From: a virus
Virus record (IMG/VR): IMGVR_UViG_3300021364_000006
DNA: 64,000 bases
Strand: one strand, 5' to 3'
Part shown: positions 55,624 through 64,000 of the stretch, one piece after another
How the letters are laid out: the number at the start of each line of letters is the position of its first letter
Numbering within the stretch: position 1 is the stretch's first letter
Notes under the pieces: generated by a model
Databases searched by the model: none
What the model was told of the DNA's origin: nothing
What the model saw: only the letters and a program-made list of their open reading frames with translations
Made by a program: the position numbers and the translations under genes

Positions 55624-56556
55624 TCAGTGGAAGTGAAATTTAGATCTAGAATGTCTTGAACTCCTACCATGATGTCGATGACCTTCACCATGAGAATGTT
55701 TATGACTATGAATCATATCTTTCCTCCAATGATAATGAACATGCTTATGACGCTGATAATTGTGATGATGGTGACGATGATATCCCCTTGGATAGAAATA
55801 AAAATCATACTCAATATGAGGAAGATAATTATTTTCCTGCAACCATTCACGGGTCATAGGAGTGGGCTCATAATCAGACCACATCGTTCCAGCAGCACAG
55901 GACTCAAGTGCCTTTTGAGTCATACCCTCAGTCTTTCCTGCCCATGATGCTTCCGCTTCCCAAGGCACTGCTGCCGAAGGGTATGTACTTTCTACCATTT
56001 TACGCCATACTGATGGCACCGAATCTTCAGGAAGAATAATGGCAACCAATGAATTATCGATTGTTCCAGCCATACAATCCTGTGCAGCGTGCCAACCTTC
56101 ATGACGCATTACACTCATCAATACATGCGGGCGATGCATGAATGCTTTGTTTAGAAAAAAGTTGTTACTAACAGTGTGGTAAACGCCACGATGTCCAATA
56201 GGAAAATATTTGGAATCTGCTAGAAACACCTCAACTCCGATCTGTTTAAGAGAAAAGAGCATTGAGTTGAACTCGTTAGCAACAAAATCAAAATCAGTAT
56301 CGGGATACTCGTCAGCAATACGAGCGATACTTTCGACTTTATCGACTCCATTTGTACATTCGCGAAGGAGCATACAACCCATGGCATCCATGGTATTGTA
56401 CCCTTTAGTTATCTTATCTTCATTCGCTAGTGTTGGACTCGTCCCGAACAGGCAAGTACCAATTAGGATTGAGTTCAAGGCATTTTTCAAGTTGATAAAC
56501 TTGTTCACGATGAGTGTTCTCCAAATAATTTTCAAAATGATATTCGATATGGTCAA
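55624..56556 (-). CDS. secreted HExxH zinc-metalloprotease-like protein with His-rich tail
   Basis: MRHEGWHAAQDC...WEAEA; C-terminal His-rich segment. Confidence 0.7.
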   Translation of the reverse strand: MTISNIILKIIWRTLIVNKFINLKNALNSILIGTCLFGTSPTLANEDKITKGYNTMDAMGCMLLRECTNGVDKVESIARIADEYPDTDFDFVANEFNSMLFSLKQIGVEVFLADSKYFPIGHRGVYHTVSNNFFLNKAFMHRPHVLMSVMRHEGWHAAQDCMAGTIDNSLVAIILPEDSVPSVWRKMVESTYPSAAVPWEAEASWAGKTEGMTQKALESCAAGTMWSDYEPTPMTREWLQENNYLPHIEYDFYFYPRGYHRHHHHNYQRHKHVHYHWRKDMIHSHKHSHGEGHRHHGRSSRHSRSKFHFH

Positions 56557-56707
56557 TACCTGTGTTGCCTTGACTTACCCAGTCGTGACAAAATTCATAT
56601 ACAGCACGACAGTGTTCATTCAAATGATGACTTAGGGCGCGAAAAACAGCCGCACGTAGTTGCATCCTGTCGTCTGCATACCTCCAGTCTTTTGGAAATT
56701 CAGACAT
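56420..56707 (-). CDS. hypothetical protein
   Basis: DWRYADDRM...VYEFCHDWV. Confidence 0.65.
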   Translation of the reverse strand: MSEFPKDWRYADDRMQLRAAVFRALSHHLNEHCRAVYEFCHDWVSQGNTGIDHIEYHFENYLENTHREQVYQLEKCLELNPNWYLPVRDESNTSE

Positions 56708-56774
56708 GATAATAAAAAAGGACTACGGTATATATCATACCATAGTCCTAGTATAGTGCAACGTCAGTAAAGTG

Positions 56775-57770
56775 TCAACGAAGAGTTTCAACAGCAGCAA
56801 GAGCCTTTTGTCGAAGATCCTCTGGGAGAGGTACATAACCCAGAGCATCAGACTTTGCTTGTGATTTTTCACTCAACATATAACGAAGGGTTTCCTTGAC
56901 GCCAGGAGCAGACTCTGGGTAGGCAAGGATCCAAGTAAGGGAGACAATTGGATATGCATTAGCACCAGCAGGATTTGCATCAGCACCACGGAGTTGATCG
57001 TCAAGAACAATCTTAGACAGACCAGCAGCAGAAGTTTCGCTGTTAGCAGTTACAAAGTTACCCGCTCTGTTTTGTAAGGCAACCTGTTGGAACTTTCCAC
57101 CATTTACATAACCATAATTTAGATAACCAATAGAACCAGGTTGATTCTTGATAGTAGCAGCAACACCAGAGTTACCTTTACCACCAACACCAACTGGCCA
57201 TCGAACTGATTTACCAGTTCCTACAGTCTTCTTAAACTCGGGAGAGAAGGCAGACAGAGAATTGGTAAAACCTTTGGTAGTGCCAGAACCATCAGAACGC
57301 CATACAGTAACGATCTGCTTGTCAGCACAACCGAAAGCAGACCAGTTGGTGATCTTACCAAGGAAGACATCAGCCAGTTCAGTCTGAGTCATCTTGGCAT
57401 CACAACCAGGATAGTTGTAAGCAGGAACGATGGCACCACCAGTCATGGGAACATGAACCATGGGCAGTTTCTGCTTAGCATCTGACACAGCACCATCAGA
57501 GGCACCGAAGTCAACAGTCTTTGCAGTATATTGACGGACACCAGCACCACTACCAACTGCTTGATAGTTCACTTTGTTTCCAGTTTCTTCGGCAAAAGAT
57601 TGGAACCAGGAGTTATACAAAGGAGCAGGGAAGGTCGCACCTGCCCCGTTGAGTTTGAAGACAGCAGGGGCGTCTGCCTTCTTGTCCCCACCCCACCAGA
57701 AAGCCTGTGCAGCTGCGGGAATACTGATAGCAGCAGTGATACCTGCCGCAAGGAGAAGTGAACGTTTCAT
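56775..57770 (-). CDS. pstS: phosphate ABC transporter substrate-binding protein
   Basis: GAGATFPAPLY, YQAVGSGAG, DFGASD, RSDGSGTT, YPI. Confidence 0.97.
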   Translation of the reverse strand: MKRSLLLAAGITAAISIPAAAQAFWWGGDKKADAPAVFKLNGAGATFPAPLYNSWFQSFAEETGNKVNYQAVGSGAGVRQYTAKTVDFGASDGAVSDAKQKLPMVHVPMTGGAIVPAYNYPGCDAKMTQTELADVFLGKITNWSAFGCADKQIVTVWRSDGSGTTKGFTNSLSAFSPEFKKTVGTGKSVRWPVGVGGKGNSGVAATIKNQPGSIGYLNYGYVNGGKFQQVALQNRAGNFVTANSETSAAGLSKIVLDDQLRGADANPAGANAYPIVSLTWILAYPESAPGVKETLRYMLSEKSQAKSDALGYVPLPEDLRQKALAAVETLR

Positions 57771-57781
57771 TAGTCAATTCC

Positions 57782-58141
57782 TCAGAACTTGTACTTAGTG
57801 CCGACTTCTACTTTCCAGTCACGAGTGTCATCATCTTGGAAGAGATTCTCAAACTTACCATAAGCAGAGAACTGATCAGTAACTTTGATCTTAGTTCCAA
57901 CTTCCAGAACAGTGAAGGTTGTGCTCTCACCACTATCAGGATAAGAGATACCAGCACCACCTTCGATGTAAGGCTTCAGAGCACCCCACTTAGTTTCATA
58001 ACCAACACGTCCCTGATGAACAGTCTTGGAGTAATCATTATCTGTGCCTTTTAATTCGTGCTTGGACTCTACATAGGGTCCTGCAAGGGCAGGTGTCGCC
58101 AGTGCAGATGCTGCCAGTGCGGCAAGTGCGATTGCTTTCAT
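57782..58141 (-). CDS. small outer-membrane beta-barrel-like protein upstream of pstS
   Basis: Signal peptide, AGPYV, alternating beta strands, C-terminal KYKF. Confidence 0.7.
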   Translation of the reverse strand: MKAIALAALAASALATPALAGPYVESKHELKGTDNDYSKTVHQGRVGYETKWGALKPYIEGGAGISYPDSGESTTFTVLEVGTKIKVTDQFSAYGKFENLFQDDDTRDWKVEVGTKYKF

Positions 58142-58189
58142 TTGTAATTCCTTTGCAATGTTTTAGATTTGTCCTTTGAAGACTTGAAT

Positions 58190-58244
58190 ATTATAACAGT
58201 GTCTTCAAATTTTGTCGTTAATATCAAGTTAAATTGATTTAACG
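58190..58244 (-). promoter_or_regulatory. Pho-box-like repeats plus TATAAT upstream of the pstS operon
   Basis: TTAA-core repeats at 58218, 58229 and 58239 replacing a -35. Confidence 0.6.
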
Positions 58245-58291
58245 TTAGACAAACCTCGGTATATATGACAACTTAACTTATTTTTTACCAT

Positions 58292-58316
58292 AAAAAAACC
58301 TCCCCTTAGTGGGGAG
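58292..58316 (-). terminator. intrinsic terminator
   Basis: CCTCCCC/GGGGAGG stem plus T7. Confidence 0.75.
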
Positions 58317-58338
58317 GTGTGAAATCACTGACTAATGA

Positions 58339-58713
58339 TCAGAAAGCAAACTTGACGCCAAGCTTACCACCTACACCTAGATCATCGAAGTCTTGATCGG
58401 CAGTCATGGCAGAGAGCTCACCATAGACACCTAGACTTTCGGTCACAGCAACGCTAGCACCGATCTTGGCAGAGAACTCAGTCTCAGACTCGGCACCGTC
58501 AGGACTTACGATAGCAGGGCCACCTTGAACATACCAAGCAGCGGACTCACCGATAGGACCTTCGTAGCCAACGTGAAGATCGGTAACGGCTCCAACGTAG
58601 TCATCGCCAGCCCAACCAGCATTGGTTTCTACATTAACATAGGGGCCAGCAACGGCAGCGCCAGCAGAAGCAACGGACAGTGCAGCGGTTGCTGCGAATA
58701 CAGATTTGAACAT
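58339..58713 (-). CDS. small outer-membrane beta-barrel-like protein
   Basis: Signal peptide, AGPYV, C-terminal KFAF. Confidence 0.7.
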   Translation of the reverse strand: MFKSVFAATAALSVASAGAAVAGPYVNVETNAGWAGDDYVGAVTDLHVGYEGPIGESAAWYVQGGPAIVSPDGAESETEFSAKIGASVAVTESLGVYGELSAMTADQDFDDLGVGGKLGVKFAF

Positions 58714-58933
58714 TTGTTTGTACCTTTTTTTTACTTGCGGAGTGGATACCCGCAGATGATGGATCGGTTCGACTTCCGATCGCTTGAGTAATTGTACTAC
58801 CAGACGGTAGTTTTGTCAACAATCTATAGGGTGAGTAGTTGAGACCTTTTCCAGATTGTTACAGTTCATGAAGCGCCTCATGAACATTTATTTAGTATAG
58901 CAACGAACTTATTGTTTTGTCAAACAGTTCGGT

Positions 58934-59041
58934 TCACCATACTCCAGGAATGATTTGACCAGTGAGGGCATATGCTCCCATAGCAGCAATTACACCGATC
59001 ATGGCAGCCCAACCATTAATACGCTCAGCTCTTTCGTTCAT
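58934..59041 (-). CDS. hli: high-light-inducible protein (35 aa; not in ORF track)
   Basis: AERINGWAAMIG...TGQIIPG. Confidence 0.9.
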   Translation of the reverse strand: MNERAERINGWAAMIGVIAAMGAYALTGQIIPGVW

Positions 59042-59187
59042 TGTTTGTTCTCCAAGGATTTGTTAGTAATGATGATCTTCTGACCATCATGAGTGAATTG
59101 TAACTCATCGTCGGGATGCCACAGTAACTCTTCATACAAATCGTCGAGTTTCTGAATATCCTCCCAGAGTTGATTTGGATTTGGCAT
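59038..59187 (-). CDS. hypothetical protein (49 aa)
   Basis: MPNPNQLWEDIQKLDDLYEELLWHPDDEL...; ATGA overlap with hli. Confidence 0.65.
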   Translation of the reverse strand: MPNPNQLWEDIQKLDDLYEELLWHPDDELQFTHDGQKIIITNKSLENKQ

Positions 59188-59214
59188 TAGGTGACTCTGT
59201 TTACCTCATATATA

Positions 59215-59433
59215 TCAACTGGAAAGTTCAAGAAAAAACTTAGTGTTATCTCCAGTAGTATTTTCGTAGATAGAACTATCACCATAAATTTTATGGTCTT
59301 TGTATCCTACCATACGACCCTTCGTATTTTGAAGGGCTGGCATAAATGCGATGATGAAGAATACTGCAGGTGCTCCGATCAAAAGAGCACCACCAATAAC
59401 ATAATAAGTAAGAAGTTCAATCAAGTCAGGCAT
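59215..59433 (-). CDS. small membrane protein
   Basis: TM helix; FMPALQNTKGRMVGY. Confidence 0.65.
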   Translation of the reverse strand: MPDLIELLTYYVIGGALLIGAPAVFFIIAFMPALQNTKGRMVGYKDHKIYGDSSIYENTTGDNTKFFLELSS

Positions 59434-59726
59434 CAGTAAAGGCTCTCTTCTTGTTCAGTTAGAATTGTACAATCGCTCTCTGGATATGCAACACAAGTGA
59501 GTACAAATCCAGCGTCCATTTGATCATCATCAAGGAAAGATTGATCGGACTGATCAACAGTTCCAGAAACAATCTTACCAGCACATGAAGAACATGCACC
59601 AGCACGACATGAGTAGTTCAAGTCAAGACCCGCCTCTTCAGCTGCGTCGAGAAGATATTGATCTCCCTCACAGGGGACAACGGTTTCATCTCCTGCAGGA
59701 GTGCGGAAGGTGATATTAAATGCCAT
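59433..59726 (-). CDS. petF: 2Fe-2S ferredoxin
   Basis: [13 protein letters not shown]...LTCVAYP. Confidence 0.97.
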   Translation of the reverse strand: MAFNITFRTPAGDETVVPCEGDQYLLDAAEEAGLDLNYSCRAGACSSCAGKIVSGTVDQSDQSFLDDDQMDAGFVLTCVAYPESDCTILTEQEESLY

Positions 59727-59811
59727 TAGTAAGTTTCAGCAAGTTGTTCAACAGTATAACCCAGAAGACAGAAGAATGCAACAGTCGTCAGGGTAAAAAT
59801 AATTTCAGTCA

Positions 59812-60030
59812 TCAGAACCCGAGAATTCCAAAGAAAAATACACTGCCAGTAGTAGCATAGCTGATGAGAGCAGCAGCAAATCCAAGCATAGCAGTGCGTC
59901 CATTTAGTTTCTCCGCACGTTCTGCATAAGTCTCGTATCCATAACGCTCCGCATCAGTCTGAGACACATACATGCGTGGTTCTCTAGCGAACAAATTCTG
60001 TTGTCCACGTTCGTTAGTGGTTACAGTCAT
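59812..60030 (-). CDS. hli: high-light-inducible protein
   Basis: NLFAREP; AEKLNGRTAMLGF. Confidence 0.92.
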   Translation of the reverse strand: MTVTTNERGQQNLFAREPRMYVSQTDAERYGYETYAERAEKLNGRTAMLGFAAALISYATTGSVFFFGILGF

Positions 60031-60056
60031 TTTCTTTTGTAACGATTTACAACATA

Positions 60057-60085
60057 ATTATATATGATTTGTAAACTTTTGTCAA
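60057..60085 (-). promoter_or_regulatory. consensus promoter TTGACA-N17-TATAAT overlapped by HLR1-like direct repeat
   Basis: TTGACAAA-AG-TTTACAAA. Confidence 0.65.
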
Positions 60086-60870
60086 GAATTCGATTCGGGT
60101 GGCAGAGTGCCGTAGAACGGATCGTAATCGAAGTATGGTGTCCAGTCCTCTATCTTAGGTGCAGACCCCTTCCAGAACTCCCATAGACCATTGTAGCTGC
60201 CTTTGTGGAATACATCAATATGAATGTCATGAATATCTGATCCAAGATCAATCTTATACAAGAATAGTGGGATAGCAAACGTATTTCCAGAATTGTAAAT
60301 CAAGTCATCCGCTACAGCTCGTGGTTTGACTCCTTGATCCAATTTGAACTTGTCCCCACGACAATGTAGTCGAACAAGTTTCTCGGCATGGTGCCTGGTG
60401 ATTATGTAACAAGCAGTAGAAAAATCATTGACAAACCTACGATGAATCCTGACACTAACTTGCTGTGGATTAATGATTGCAAGTTGTACAACATCAAAAT
60501 CATATGGGAGTTGTGACTGGAATTGCTTCCAAGTAAATCCCCAATGTTTAACTGTGCTGATGTCGCAGTCATCTTCCATCATCACAAGATACTCGTCATC
60601 ACTATTTTCTAACCAGTGCTTCAGAGCCTTCAAGTGTGAAGTGGTACATCCAATCTCACCAGAAGTCATGTTTTCTGGATATCGACCAGTCAGGATAGAA
60701 CTCAAATCATCATCACGACCATCACAAGCTGATATCCTTGTATAGTTTTCGATGTCCCAATATTCAAACTGCTCCTCCATATACTTGCGACGATCAACCT
60801 TATCATCAAGATTGATATAGTAAACCTGAGGAATGCCCTTCAGTTTAAATGTTGCTTTATTTTTTTCCAT
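60082..60870 (-). CDS. glycosyltransferase family 25
   Basis: YYINLD...RR, GEIGC..SH, MEDD. Confidence 0.85.
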   Translation of the reverse strand: MEKNKATFKLKGIPQVYYINLDDKVDRRKYMEEQFEYWDIENYTRISACDGRDDDLSSILTGRYPENMTSGEIGCTTSHLKALKHWLENSDDEYLVMMEDDCDISTVKHWGFTWKQFQSQLPYDFDVVQLAIINPQQVSVRIHRRFVNDFSTACYIITRHHAEKLVRLHCRGDKFKLDQGVKPRAVADDLIYNSGNTFAIPLFLYKIDLGSDIHDIHIDVFHKGSYNGLWEFWKGSAPKIEDWTPYFDYDPFYGTLPPESNS

Positions 60871-60871
60871 A

Positions 60872-61672
60872 TCATTCAGAATCAAGCAGTGTCCACCTTT
60901 CAGGAATCAGATCCCGTGTAGATTTCTTTTCATTTTGTGGACCAAACCACTTCTTAGGAGCGATAACATCATCAGAGCCAGACAACCATGCACCCCACCA
61001 AGAGAATGAAGAGTTTGCAATAATGTGAGACTTACACATTGACATCAAACAAAGGTCATATCGATTGTCTCCTGTCTCAGAAACACAGAAGCGATCACCT
61101 TCAAATAACTTTTGCTCAACACACCATGCTGGATCATCAGAGAAGACAAGAATAGTTCTCCCTTCATAGTTCTCAAGAGCCTTTTCATAATAATCAAGAC
61201 CAAGATTATAATGATTGGCACTATTCTGAAGATAATCAGTTCTTCTTACATGAAGTGATACAGGATTATCCCAGGTTTTGAAAACCTCCTCACATGCACT
61301 GAGAATATTAAACTTGAATGTAAAATCTTGACGAATGCTATCAGCAATATGTGCAAAGTATTTTTCAGACTGAAAGAATCCCCATAGAGAAACATCGTTG
61401 GGACACTGATCAAACAACCTTTGATCAAATTCAAACTGAACTTCTTTTGCGAGTGGAGCATGTCCTTGATCCAACATTCGCACATTTTTTATATCCAAAT
61501 GTGGAAGATCAAAAGTTTCAAACAACTGATGTTCATCCCATTCATTTTTGAAATCAGATGGAGGGATACCAAAGTCATAGCCACGACGTGCCGCTATGCC
61601 CCTCAGAGCGGCGTATTGAAACATTTGATTACCCAGTCTACCTAATAGACCAAGATGGTTATACGCTAGCAT
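60872..61672 (-). CDS. GT11 alpha-1,2-fucosyltransferase-like
   Basis: GRLGNQMFQYA, HVRRTDY, FSDD, IIANSSFSWWGAWL. Confidence 0.9.
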   Translation of the reverse strand: MLAYNHLGLLGRLGNQMFQYAALRGIAARRGYDFGIPPSDFKNEWDEHQLFETFDLPHLDIKNVRMLDQGHAPLAKEVQFEFDQRLFDQCPNDVSLWGFFQSEKYFAHIADSIRQDFTFKFNILSACEEVFKTWDNPVSLHVRRTDYLQNSANHYNLGLDYYEKALENYEGRTILVFSDDPAWCVEQKLFEGDRFCVSETGDNRYDLCLMSMCKSHIIANSSFSWWGAWLSGSDDVIAPKKWFGPQNEKKSTRDLIPERWTLLDSE

Positions 61673-62471
61673 TTTGAGACCTCACTTTCAGATATGGGAC
61701 ATTTTGATAATATTCGATTAATTTTTCTCTAGGAGTTTCTCGGAGAGTTTGCCACAGATTGTGGTTCTGCATAAACTTAGGATTGTTGTAATGAGAATTA
61801 TGAGTTCGACCGTGCTCAAAGTGCCAAATTGGGCCTTCAATTCTGCCTACTTTATATCCCAGTGCATTAAATCTGTAATAGAATTCACAATCTTCTGCAC
61901 CCCAAGAAATAAATTCCTCATTCCATAGACCACCTTTGACTACAGCATCTCTATGATAGAACTGAGTCCATCCAATTGTAGATGACTCTGTACGACAATT
62001 TGGTTCCAAAGAATTCAAGTCATGTCCAGACTGAATAAAGTTTTGGAAGACATCCATCGGATAGTCAACTTGATATTGCCATACACCACATCCATATGGA
62101 TATACAACATCCATATTGCCACTGAGAATAGACTCATAGGCAAGCAAGTGGGACCTGATTGGATAGACAACATCAACATCATGACTACAGATCACACTCG
62201 TATCTGTCATCATGATAAGATCATTTAGGATTCTGGTCTTGTGAAACAAGTTATCAGAATTTTCCTCAAAGACATGTGTAAGTTTGTCTGTAGAAACAAT
62301 CTTTTTGATTTCTGGTAAGGCTCTGAACTTAAAGGTTGACTTAGTATCAACTTCCTTTACAAGAACCTTTGCATCTGGAAAACTTTTTAGTAGATAAGAT
62401 ACCGAAGTAATAACATTTTTTAGCCTGTCTTCAGATTCAATCCGACAGGGCATGATATAAGTTAAGTCCAT
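61659..62471 (-). CDS. glycosyltransferase (GT-A fold, GT2/GT7-like)
   Basis: DVD motif; WNEEFISWGAED. Confidence 0.8.
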   Translation of the reverse strand: MDLTYIMPCRIESEDRLKNVITSVSYLLKSFPDAKVLVKEVDTKSTFKFRALPEIKKIVSTDKLTHVFEENSDNLFHKTRILNDLIMMTDTSVICSHDVDVVYPIRSHLLAYESILSGNMDVVYPYGCGVWQYQVDYPMDVFQNFIQSGHDLNSLEPNCRTESSTIGWTQFYHRDAVVKGGLWNEEFISWGAEDCEFYYRFNALGYKVGRIEGPIWHFEHGRTHNSHYNNPKFMQNHNLWQTLRETPREKLIEYYQNVPYLKVRSQNASV

Positions 62472-63316
62472 TATACCTCCATTTCAATCCAGGACTCGGG
62501 AAGAAGATCACTCATGTCATAATTTTTGTAGTTAGAACCAAACCAAGGCTTGGGTGCAACAACTTTGCCGCGTCCATCTTGTAACCATGCACCCCACCAA
62601 CTCATAGAACTGTTGGCGATGATAGCACCAGAACACAGACTCATCATACACAAATCATAGTATGGCACAAATGATTGCACTCGTCCATCGTTTGTATCTG
62701 CTGTATGCGAATATTTTACATTCTCAGTTGGAAGAACAAATCTATCATCGGTGAATTGTTCGCGACACCAATCAAGATCGTCAGAGAATACAAAGACAGG
62801 AACATCATCAGGAAATTCTTTCAAAGCCTTTTCGTAATATGAAATAGGACAAACAGGATGATTGTCTGGTTGATTTACATAATCACCACGACGAACATGA
62901 ATGAAGATTGGATTATCAAATTGATCCACAACTTCTTTACATGGATCTAGAATTTCTTTTTGAAATCTGTAGTCTTCACGAATAATCTTTTCAGCATTCT
63001 TGAAATACTTTTCGGTTTGAAAGTAATCATGAAGATTTACATTGTCAGGACATCCTCTGAAGAATTGCTCATTGAAATGAAAGCAACCAGTTGCAATATT
63101 CTGATCAGTGGAAAGATATCCAAAGTTCTGAAGTGTAACTGTACTCATTTCAAAACAGTCAAAAAGACCATAGTTTGAATCACCATAGTCATCTGGTGGT
63201 GGGATCAACCAAGAATATCCATGTTGTTTTGCAATGCCACGGAGACCTGCATACTGAAACATTTGATTTCCAAGCCGACCATTTGAACCAAGTCGGTTAT
63301 AACTAATTGCCATCAA
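62471..63316 (-). CDS. GT11 alpha-1,2-fucosyltransferase-like
   Basis: GRLGNQMFQYA, HVRRGDY, IIANSSMSWWGAWL. Confidence 0.9.
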   Translation of the reverse strand: MMAISYNRLGSNGRLGNQMFQYAGLRGIAKQHGYSWLIPPPDDYGDSNYGLFDCFEMSTVTLQNFGYLSTDQNIATGCFHFNEQFFRGCPDNVNLHDYFQTEKYFKNAEKIIREDYRFQKEILDPCKEVVDQFDNPIFIHVRRGDYVNQPDNHPVCPISYYEKALKEFPDDVPVFVFSDDLDWCREQFTDDRFVLPTENVKYSHTADTNDGRVQSFVPYYDLCMMSLCSGAIIANSSMSWWGAWLQDGRGKVVAPKPWFGSNYKNYDMSDLLPESWIEMEV

Positions 63317-63684
63317 TCTCCTTTTTCAATACGAACACTATCTTCATCAAAATGCTCAGTCGAAAACTCAAACATTACAGTATCTTCTAATGCTCTCATT
63401 CTGTGCCTCATGCCAGTAGGAACATGAAACTTTTCTCCAGCATTTAATTCTTTGACGTATGCCATTTCAAAGTCGTCAAAGTTACTGTAGTATACCATGA
63501 GTTTTCCACTTTGTACATAGAAAACTTCATCCTTTTTGTTATGATAATGCCAAGAACATTGTTTGCCTTTGCAGAACCATAGAATTTTGCCACAATAAAG
63601 TGGACCGTTTGTGATCCACTTTTCGTAGCCCCATCCTTTAGGGACGAATTTGATCGGGGCGTTTTGTGAAGAAGTCATTGTCAT
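63313..63684 (-). CDS. cupin (sugar-phosphate isomerase-like)
   Basis: VPKGWGYE, SWHYH..KDE.F, HR. Confidence 0.8.
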   Translation of the reverse strand: MTMTSSQNAPIKFVPKGWGYEKWITNGPLYCGKILWFCKGKQCSWHYHNKKDEVFYVQSGKLMVYYSNFDDFEMAYVKELNAGEKFHVPTGMRHRMRALEDTVMFEFSTEHFDEDSVRIEKGD

Positions 63685-63997
63685 TCATTCCTTTGTCGTC
63701 GATGTAGTAGTCACCAGAAGGTTTACCAAGATGAAGTTCATGGTACTTACACCCCCAAGACTTCAGTTGAGACTCAGTGAAGTTGTAGAATTCTTTCTCC
63801 GCTAACTCGCGGGAGTTATCAAATCTACCCATACCTCTAGCAGTCAAATAGACAACATGGTTGCCTTCATCGTACAATTTATTTATTTCCTGAATTCTAT
63901 CCCATCTGGGGACAGCATGACTGTATCGACCTTCACCAGCACCAGGAAAACAAATGGTGCCATCAATATCAATTACATAACGCATCATTTGAAACAT
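63638..63997 (-). CDS. HAD-family phosphatase (capsule-biosynthesis type)
   Basis: DIDGTIC, TARG, GKP..DYYIDDK. Confidence 0.8.
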   Translation of the reverse strand: MFQMMRYVIDIDGTICFPGAGEGRYSHAVPRWDRIQEINKLYDEGNHVVYLTARGMGRFDNSRELAEKEFYNFTESQLKSWGCKYHELHLGKPSGDYYIDDKGMNDNDFFTKRPDQIRP

Positions 63998-64000
63998 CTC

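Noticed and set aside
60036-60052. NtcA box in the hli leader
   Set aside because: Spacing is GTA-N6-TAC, not N8

Overview
64 kb of a T4-like marine cyanomyovirus genome (Synechococcus/Prochlorococcus phage type), mostly encoded on the minus strand. From left to right: (1) 1-9.2 kb, an early-type region of small ORFs behind repeated sigma70-like promoters with a shared upstream palindrome, three 2OG-Fe(II) oxygenases, a Zn deaminase, an SF2 helicase and a ParB-like protein; (2) 9.2-32.8 kb, a tail/baseplate module (two large fibre proteins, three tRNAs with an intervening structured RNA, gp5, cp12, hub, a lysozyme+M23 protein, a tape-measure-like protein, gp51, gp26, a tube-like protein, gp4, gp48, gp53); (3) 32.8-41 kb, gp32, gp33, exonuclease, phoH, thyX, glutaredoxin, sulfotransferase and carbamoyltransferase; (4) 41.7-60 kb, an auxiliary-metabolic island (talC, zwf, gnd, ptoX, petE, psbD, psbA, pstS, petF, two hli genes, many small proteins); (5) 60-64 kb, glycosyltransferases. 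The strongest candidate for an undescribed system is at 41.7-42.5 kb: a glutamine-riboswitch (glnA-type) double aptamer whose two P2 loops each contain a whole small, apparently paralogous ORF. It is transcribed from a near-consensus sigma70 promoter with a perfect NtcA box and lies upstream of a DUF4278-like gene. Other highlights are a probable -1 ribosomal frameshift fusing gp26 to gp51 (G/GT-like) and a tail fibre tip with 17 His-x-His motifs. All calls come from reading the sequence and recognising motifs; no searches were run.
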